Part shown: one piece after another, positions 58,741 to 64,000 of the stretch
Numbering within the stretch: the first letter of the stretch is position 1
Layout: the number at the start of each line of letters is the position of its first letter
Source: a virus
IMG/VR virus record: IMGVR_UViG_3300016476_001273
Span: 1 to 64,000 of that record
Direction: 5' to 3' (one strand)
Length of the DNA stretch: 64,000 nucleotides
Position numbers and translations under genes: made by a program
The notes under the pieces: generated by a model
The model's database searches: none
Told to the model about the DNA's origin: nothing
The model's input: only the letters and a program-made list of their open reading frames with translations

Positions 58741-60027
58741 TTAAGCTATTCCTAAACAAGTAATTACTAAAGAAGAATTAGTCATGACTGAACCCGGTAT
58801 TTGTCTTACTCCTGAAATATATTGACCTATATTATTACTATTACTTGCAGGAATAGTTATAGGAGTAGATACACCCGAGCAATTAATATAACTTATTTCT
58901 ACAGCTGTTGCAGAAGTATTTCTAATATAAAAAGAAAAACAATTAGCACAACTATTTGTAAGTATTTGACAAAAAGTAGTTCTTAAAGGACTATTAGAAG
59001 CCGAAACATTTATTTCATTTAATATATCTTGAGCATTTGATTTAGGGACATATACTCCATTATTTCTTTTTTCTAAAATATTATTTGCATCTTGACTTAA
59101 TTGAATATCGGCACTTAAAATATGTCCTAAAATACCACCAGTTTCTATTTTAATAGACGCTGTATTATTTGTAGTAATACTTTGCTGAGTAGAATTAAGT
59201 ACCATAGATAAATTTACTGTAGTAGAACTACCAACTATACCTAATGTACTACCGTTTAAAGTTAATGTTGCCGAAGGAAGTGTTATTGTATTTCCGTTAC
59301 TAATAGATAACTGATTTCCTGCTATTGTTAATCTTTGTGTAAAATCAGGAATATTAATTGGAGATACGTATAGTCCATCAGGTTTTACTTGAAGAACATT
59401 TCCATTATAAGAACTTACTTTTACATTCGCTTTAATTTCATGATTTAAATTACCTTGCAATATAAATTTTACTGTATTACTTTCTATAGAAGTTATTGAA
59501 GGTGTATTTATATTTGTAACACTTAATATTCCTACTTTATCGGTTAATTTTTGTAAAACAGTTTTTATATCACTGTTAACTGTAAATCCTGCTGCCGCAC
59601 TATCATTTATTTTAGGATATTTTATTTTTTCAATATCTGTTGTATTTGTTGTAACAGCAATATCTAAAGCATCTACATTAATTTTAGTAACTTTTAATAA
59701 ATTATCATTTTTAAATAATTCTGTACTTACTGCTTCTGAAAATTGTTTAATATTAATAATATTATATTTTCCTTTTAAATAAGGAATTTTAAAAGCTGTA
59801 AAATCAGGATTACTAGATTTATTTAATTTAGAATCAAATTCTTCTAATATAGTATTTAAAGGTGTTCCGTTTTCAGCTTTAATTGAATATAATCTGGAAT
59901 TACTTTGATTTTCTAACTTGTAAAAAATACAACTTGTAGAATATTTATTATCACAAGCATTTGTTTTTTCACAACAAGTATCAAAACAATTAGATTTTTT
60001 TTCTTCACAATTACAATTTCTACACAT
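58741..60027 (-). CDS. Fibre-like virion protein with Cys-rich N-terminus
   Basis: Repeated NVLQVKPDGLYV / NILEKRNNGVYV and LSISNGNTITLP fibre motifs. Confidence 0.55.
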   Translation of the reverse strand: MCRNCNCEEKKSNCFDTCCEKTNACDNKYSTSCIFYKLENQSNSRLYSIKAENGTPLNTILEEFDSKLNKSSNPDFTAFKIPYLKGKYNIINIKQFSEAVSTELFKNDNLLKVTKINVDALDIAVTTNTTDIEKIKYPKINDSAAAGFTVNSDIKTVLQKLTDKVGILSVTNINTPSITSIESNTVKFILQGNLNHEIKANVKVSSYNGNVLQVKPDGLYVSPINIPDFTQRLTIAGNQLSISNGNTITLPSATLTLNGSTLGIVGSSTTVNLSMVLNSTQQSITTNNTASIKIETGGILGHILSADIQLSQDANNILEKRNNGVYVPKSNAQDILNEINVSASNSPLRTTFCQILTNSCANCFSFYIRNTSATAVEISYINCSGVSTPITIPASNSNNIGQYISGVRQIPGSVMTNSSLVITCLGIA

Positions 60028-60451
60028 TTGGTATATAAATATTTGATGTGTTTGAATTTATTTTATTTTTTAAAGCATTTATTTCACTAATTATTAAACT
60101 AAATGCTTTATCTATATTTACAATAGAATCATTGCATAATGACGATTGTAAATCTGAAATATTTACTGATATAACTTTTTCTTCAACTTTAGTATTTCTT
60201 TTTTCTAATTCTCTATCTAATAACCATTGTATATAATCAACAATATCATTAGATGGAGATATAATCATACCTTTTTTATCTAAAGGTTTATTTAAAATAT
60301 CTTTTAAATTTTTAACTTCTTCTCCTAACTTTTCTAAATTTTCATTTAAATCTTTTTTATTTGTTAATGTAGAAGAAAAATAAAAAGGTTTTCCTTCCCA
60401 CTTAATACAATTAGAAGAAGTAAATGTTGTACAAGTGTTACATTTAATCAT
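60020..60451 (-). CDS. Small structural protein (Cys-containing N-terminus, coiled coil)
   Basis: SSNCIKWEG resembles STSCIFY and DSKCVIY in the neighbouring proteins. Confidence 0.5.
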   Translation of the reverse strand: MIKCNTCTTFTSSNCIKWEGKPFYFSSTLTNKKDLNENLEKLGEEVKNLKDILNKPLDKKGMIISPSNDIVDYIQWLLDRELEKRNTKVEEKVISVNISDLQSSLCNDSIVNIDKAFSLIISEINALKNKINSNTSNIYIPNV

Positions 60452-60563
60452 TTTCTTTACATTTACAGATAGAATATTTTATTAATAAATAACCAAACTT
60501 ATCAGCATAAATGTTAGGCTTACCTTTTACATTTAGTTTAGCATGAGCTAATCTTTGGTTCAT
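60444..60563 (-). CDS. 39-aa hypothetical protein
   Basis: Hand translation MNQRLAHAKLNVKGKPNIYADKFGYLLIKYSICKCKEND. Fills the gap and overlaps the next start. Confidence 0.45.
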   Translation of the reverse strand: MNQRLAHAKLNVKGKPNIYADKFGYLLIKYSICKCKEND

Positions 60564-60579
60564 ACTTTTTTTATATGAT

Positions 60580-60849
60580 TCAATTACACTCTTCATAAAT
60601 TACTGATAAATAAAAGTTTAATATATCGTATTTATAAGGTTGATTTTGCTCTAACATTTCAGTAACGTAATTTAAATATAAAGCATTATTTTCAGAATAA
60701 TTTTTCCTATTTAAACAAATAAGTTTATCTTGTAAAGATAAAAGCATTTCTAAACTTTGTCCGTAATATCCTTCTTGAATTATGTTTTCTTCTATAACTA
60801 TATTAGAAGACGTTATTGGTTGAGCTACATTTCCACAAGGACAAGGCAT
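60580..60849 (-). CDS. Hypothetical structural-cluster protein
   Basis: 89 aa, starts MPCPCG. TAATG coupling with the upstream gene. Confidence 0.5.
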   Translation of the reverse strand: MPCPCGNVAQPITSSNIVIEENIIQEGYYGQSLEMLLSLQDKLICLNRKNYSENNALYLNYVTEMLEQNQPYKYDILNFYLSVIYEECN

Positions 60850-61343
60850 TATTCACATTCAATTTTATTTATTAATTTACTAGCATATTTAAATAATTCA
60901 ATAGATTGTTGAGAGTTTTCTTCAGCATATGCTTTAGCTACCATTACCCACTTATCTATTTCATAAATTAAATTAATTCTGTCTTTATCTTCAATAGAAG
61001 TACTTTGTAATAATTTTTTTATATTACAATTATATTGAACAGTTCTTAAATAATGTTTACATATAAATACTTTATCATGTGGTGCTACACTATATCTAAC
61101 TTCATACATTCCGTCAGGAAAAACACCTCTTTGTTTTGTCCAACCTAAAAAAGATGTTGTAATATTATTTAATTGATTAGGAATTATTGGACATTTAAAC
61201 CAATCATCCATGTTAGGAAATTTTACTTCTAATACTGGAACAGAAGGGTTTTCCATATATATAGATTTATCATTAAATAATAATATTTCTTCATCATTAA
61301 TTAATTCATCTATAATATCAAAATTCAAATTATGTTTAGCCAT
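60849..61343 (-). CDS. Conserved crAss-like structural protein (third gene after the major capsid gene in the usual order)
   Basis: FPDGMYEVRYSVAP motif and synteny. Confidence 0.6.
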   Translation of the reverse strand: MAKHNLNFDIIDELINDEEILLFNDKSIYMENPSVPVLEVKFPNMDDWFKCPIIPNQLNNITTSFLGWTKQRGVFPDGMYEVRYSVAPHDKVFICKHYLRTVQYNCNIKKLLQSTSIEDKDRINLIYEIDKWVMVAKAYAEENSQQSIELFKYASKLINKIECE

Positions 61344-61361
61344 TTTAGTTTTTATTTAAAG

Positions 61362-61393
61362 AAAAAGGACAGCAATAAACATCACTGTCCTTT
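61362..61393 (-). terminator. Rho-independent terminator
   Basis: Minus strand GGACAGTGAT-GTTT-ATTGCTGTCC-TTTTT, downstream of the 686-aa gene. Confidence 0.75.
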
Positions 61394-61422
61394 AAAAATA
61401 ACTAACCTAATTATAAAAAATT

Positions 61423-63483
61423 TTATAGAACAACTGGTGCAAACATTTTATTAGGAATACTTGCAACATAACCGTTAATTACATTTTCAAAGGATTTACC
61501 TGTACCTTCTTTAAAGAAAGCTCTAATAGCAATACTATCATGTACTTGAGTATTACCAAATGGATGGTCGCCTCCTTGATATTCCTTATAAGTAAGACGA
61601 TATTCATCATAATAAAACTCAGGTTTAGCAATTGCTGTCATACCATATAAAGCTCTATCTACAGGGTCTACTTTAAAAGCAGACATATATTCATAAAAAT
61701 TAAACCATCTGTTTTCAACCTCTCTTACAGCAGCACCATAACCTTTTTCATATTCAATTTCTCTTACTTTTGTAACAGGAAATTCAAATGTACTATCACA
61801 AAGAGAAAGTGTATGGTCATGTTTTTGTACAGTTACTTTAATCATAACTGGGTCAACATCACTAGCATCCCACATAAAATAACCGTAAGAACATTCGTCA
61901 GTATAACGATTAAAAGAAGCTGCTTCAAATCTTAATCCTACTGCTTCACAAATTTCTGTTGGGGCAGTTGGAGTAGTACAATCAGGAGTAGTTACAACTT
62001 CTGTAAATTCTTCCCAGTTCATACCTCTTTCAAAAGGAGCAGGAGGTTCAATTGTAAATACAGCATCTTCTCCACATTCTTCTGTAGTACAAGATGATGT
62101 TACAGTTGTTTTATATACTGCCATACATGTACCAGCCTCTTCTTCTGTGATTGTAAGGTAAGGATATTTAGCTTGTACTTCTGTCAAACGAGAAGAAAAA
62201 GACCCATTACAATCTTTTAACATTAAAGTAAGAGAATAATCTTTACTAGCTTTATACGCACTATCTACCTGAACCCATGAAAAAGTTTGAGGAGTAGTTA
62301 GATTACAAATAGAACTCTTAACTCCTACAAGACTAATTTGAACATTAACAACTGTAGATAATTGTGTTTGTACAATAGCAAGAGTAGTTGTAGTAGGAAC
62401 TACAATGTGATAAACATCTTCCATTGTATTTGCTGCTACTTTAGTACGAGAAATTTCTACCGAAGCAGGAGTTCCAGCTCCGTCATTAATTACAGGTACA
62501 GTAACACCAGCAGGTACTCTTACTTCAAATAAATTAGCTGCATTTACTTTAGTATATCCTGTAGGACATGTTCCAGCACAATCTGTAACTGTTGCTGATG
62601 TAATAGACAATGTCGCAGGAGCATTTTGAGCTACTGTTCTCCACATTGTATAAGTAGTTTCTTTAGTAGCGTTATTTCTTGATTCTTGAACTACCTTATA
62701 TCCGGGATATTGAGCTTGTACTCTACCTAATGCTGTTCCATCTCCTTCATCACATGTAACTGTTACAGAATATTTTCTACACGCTACAGTTTTAGCTATT
62801 TGAGAAGGATTTGTTTTTCTAAGTTTAGTAGCCTTAACCATTCTACTAACAGGAATTGATGTTCCTAAGAATTTATAAGAGTTCCACTTATCTAAAAAAT
62901 CATTAGCAAGAGCATCAGCAGAAGCATTATCATAAGAAGGAGCTGAACCAATTTGGTCAGTAGTTACATATTGTTTTTCAATACAACCTTTATCAATAAA
63001 AATACTTACTTCTTGACTATAAGTACCTGTAGCTTTATAAATAGGAGTACCCCACATTTGAACAGATATAATAGCTTCACTCCAATCTTTAGGAGCTTTT
63101 AATGTTTTATCAGCATTAATACCGTCATAACCTACTGTCCAAACTTCTCCTGTACTACCACCTTTAAGTTTTTTAGCTTTAAAACCTTCCCAATTAGTAA
63201 TTGAATCTCTACTAATAATTGGAAATTCTACAGGTTTTTTATCAAAAAAAGTAGCTTTAGCTTTTTGTGCAGGAAAAGGAGCTTTTCCATATACAATTTT
63301 AAATAAAGGATGTGTTTGAGCATTTAAACTTGTTACAGTTTTTGGGTCGCCTCCAGTAAGTTTAATTGGAAGAAAACCAATAGTTTGTGCTGGTACATCT
63401 TTACTTGATAAGTTTGCTGGAGCAATCGCACCTGTGTTTGTTACAAAACCTCTCCAATGTGCTTGTTTAAAACTTCCTAACAT
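61423..63483 (-). CDS. Abundant conserved crAss-like structural protein (auxiliary capsid-type)
   Basis: 686 aa, Thr/Cys-rich, with higher GC and GCT/GTA/ACT codon usage suggesting high expression. Has its own terminator. VGYDG and GYGAAVRE motifs, plus synteny. Confidence 0.6.
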   Translation of the reverse strand: MLGSFKQAHWRGFVTNTGAIAPANLSSKDVPAQTIGFLPIKLTGGDPKTVTSLNAQTHPLFKIVYGKAPFPAQKAKATFFDKKPVEFPIISRDSITNWEGFKAKKLKGGSTGEVWTVGYDGINADKTLKAPKDWSEAIISVQMWGTPIYKATGTYSQEVSIFIDKGCIEKQYVTTDQIGSAPSYDNASADALANDFLDKWNSYKFLGTSIPVSRMVKATKLRKTNPSQIAKTVACRKYSVTVTCDEGDGTALGRVQAQYPGYKVVQESRNNATKETTYTMWRTVAQNAPATLSITSATVTDCAGTCPTGYTKVNAANLFEVRVPAGVTVPVINDGAGTPASVEISRTKVAANTMEDVYHIVVPTTTTLAIVQTQLSTVVNVQISLVGVKSSICNLTTPQTFSWVQVDSAYKASKDYSLTLMLKDCNGSFSSRLTEVQAKYPYLTITEEEAGTCMAVYKTTVTSSCTTEECGEDAVFTIEPPAPFERGMNWEEFTEVVTTPDCTTPTAPTEICEAVGLRFEAASFNRYTDECSYGYFMWDASDVDPVMIKVTVQKHDHTLSLCDSTFEFPVTKVREIEYEKGYGAAVREVENRWFNFYEYMSAFKVDPVDRALYGMTAIAKPEFYYDEYRLTYKEYQGGDHPFGNTQVHDSIAIRAFFKEGTGKSFENVINGYVASIPNKMFAPVVL

Positions 63484-63521
63484 GTTGTTTGCTTTTTGAG
63501 GATAAAAGTCGAAACCTTTTA

Positions 63522-64000
63522 TTATAAATTAATTTTTTCTCTATCTCTTCCTAATTGTACCCCGTTAGTATTTTGATATTGTCTCATTACTTCCGTTACA
63601 CAACCATCTAAAATTTGTTCTAAGTAAAAATCACTAATATCTGGATTTATTGTTTTAGATAATTCTCCGTTAATTTTTCTATAACCTTCTACATCAATTT
63701 CACCTACTTCTTTATAATAAGACAAATATGTATTTTCTATTAAATAATTTTTATAAAAAACAATTAATTTGTTATCTGTTATATTACAAATTGATTCTTC
63801 AAATTCAAAAGAAGGACTATTAAAATCATCAGACAAAAATTCATTTTGGTCTTTTGGTTTTACTAAATGATTTATAATTTTTCCTTTTTTATTATTTTTT
63901 ACTGCATCAGAATAACAAGATGCTATGGCAAAATAATTATCAGGAAGATTATATAATACAGAATTATTAAATGAAGAATACTCTTTTAATTTTAAATTAG
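63522..64000 (-). CDS. Partial conserved crAss-like neck/ring protein (usually follows the major capsid gene)
   Basis: The frame stays open to the window edge: ...YNLPDNYF...FLSDDFNSPSFEFEE...YYKEVGEIDVEGY. The 104-aa ORF in the track is only its C-terminal part. Confidence 0.65.
   Translation of the reverse strand, partial: NLKLKEYSSFNNSVLYNLPDNYFAIASCYSDAVKNNKKGKIINHLVKPKDQNEFLSDDFNSPSFEFEESICNITDNKLIVFYKNYLIENTYLSYYKEVGEIDVEGYRKINGELSKTINPDISDFYLEQILDGCVTEVMRQYQNTNGVQLGRDREKINL

Noticed and set aside
2498-60236. Numerous short plus-strand ORFs in the track (e.g. 2498-3031, 3875-4264, 24545-24931, 26953-27300, 42760-42963, 54083-54274)
   Set aside because: They lie antisense within long, motif-bearing minus-strand genes and have the F/S/L/I-rich composition of shadow frames.
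60490-60560. Imperfect inverted repeat (aaccaaa...tttggtt, taaatgt...acattta) as an ncRNA
   Set aside because: Pairing is AT-rich and patchy, and the interval is explained by a coupled 39-aa ORF.
61423-63483. Calling the 686-aa protein the major capsid protein
   Set aside because: I see no recognisable capsid motifs. Synteny suggests the major capsid, portal and terminase genes lie beyond the right edge.
1-64000. Stop-codon reassignment, known in some crAss-like phages
   Set aside because: Genes up to 11.9 kb are uninterrupted in the standard code and pack tightly. TAG and TGA appear as plausible true stops (40632, 40648, 60580).

Overview
This very AT-rich window is the late (virion morphogenesis) half of a crAss-like phage genome (Crassvirales-like, probably infecting a Bacteroidota host). 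Almost all genes are on the minus strand and tightly coupled, and they read in the standard genetic code. In transcription order, from the right end: conserved head/neck structural genes, a block of Cys-rich Ig/PA14-type decoration proteins, a lysis cassette (holin-like proteins, GH19 endolysin, spanin-like pair), the ring/IHF-like/tubular/muzzle tail genes, cargo proteins carrying peptidoglycan hydrolases, four giant ejected proteins including a 3966-aa virion RNA polymerase (GSDYDIDK), a ferritin, and tail fibre/spike genes. Two small plus-strand islands carry an L,D-transpeptidase, and a GIY-YIG gene with a hairpin and a degenerate tRNA(CAT). The most striking signals are in the injected proteins: (i) complementary terminal Cys motifs (N-terminal MNC, C-terminal C-x(1-3)-stop) arranged like a head-to-tail chain across the four giant proteins; (ii) DIE[KR]RR...IN[AD][KE]YD[AK]EL brackets around variable domains, with an exact 33-nt DNA repeat; (iii) an injected enzyme set (ART, NADAR, macro-like, 2H phosphoesterase, nucleotidyltransferase, GNAT, SF1 helicase, PD-(D/E)XK nuclease); (iv) a recurring Q/K-[YFN]-GG motif, also present in an unannotated 29-aa basic peptide. 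All family calls were made by eye from motifs. No database search was run.
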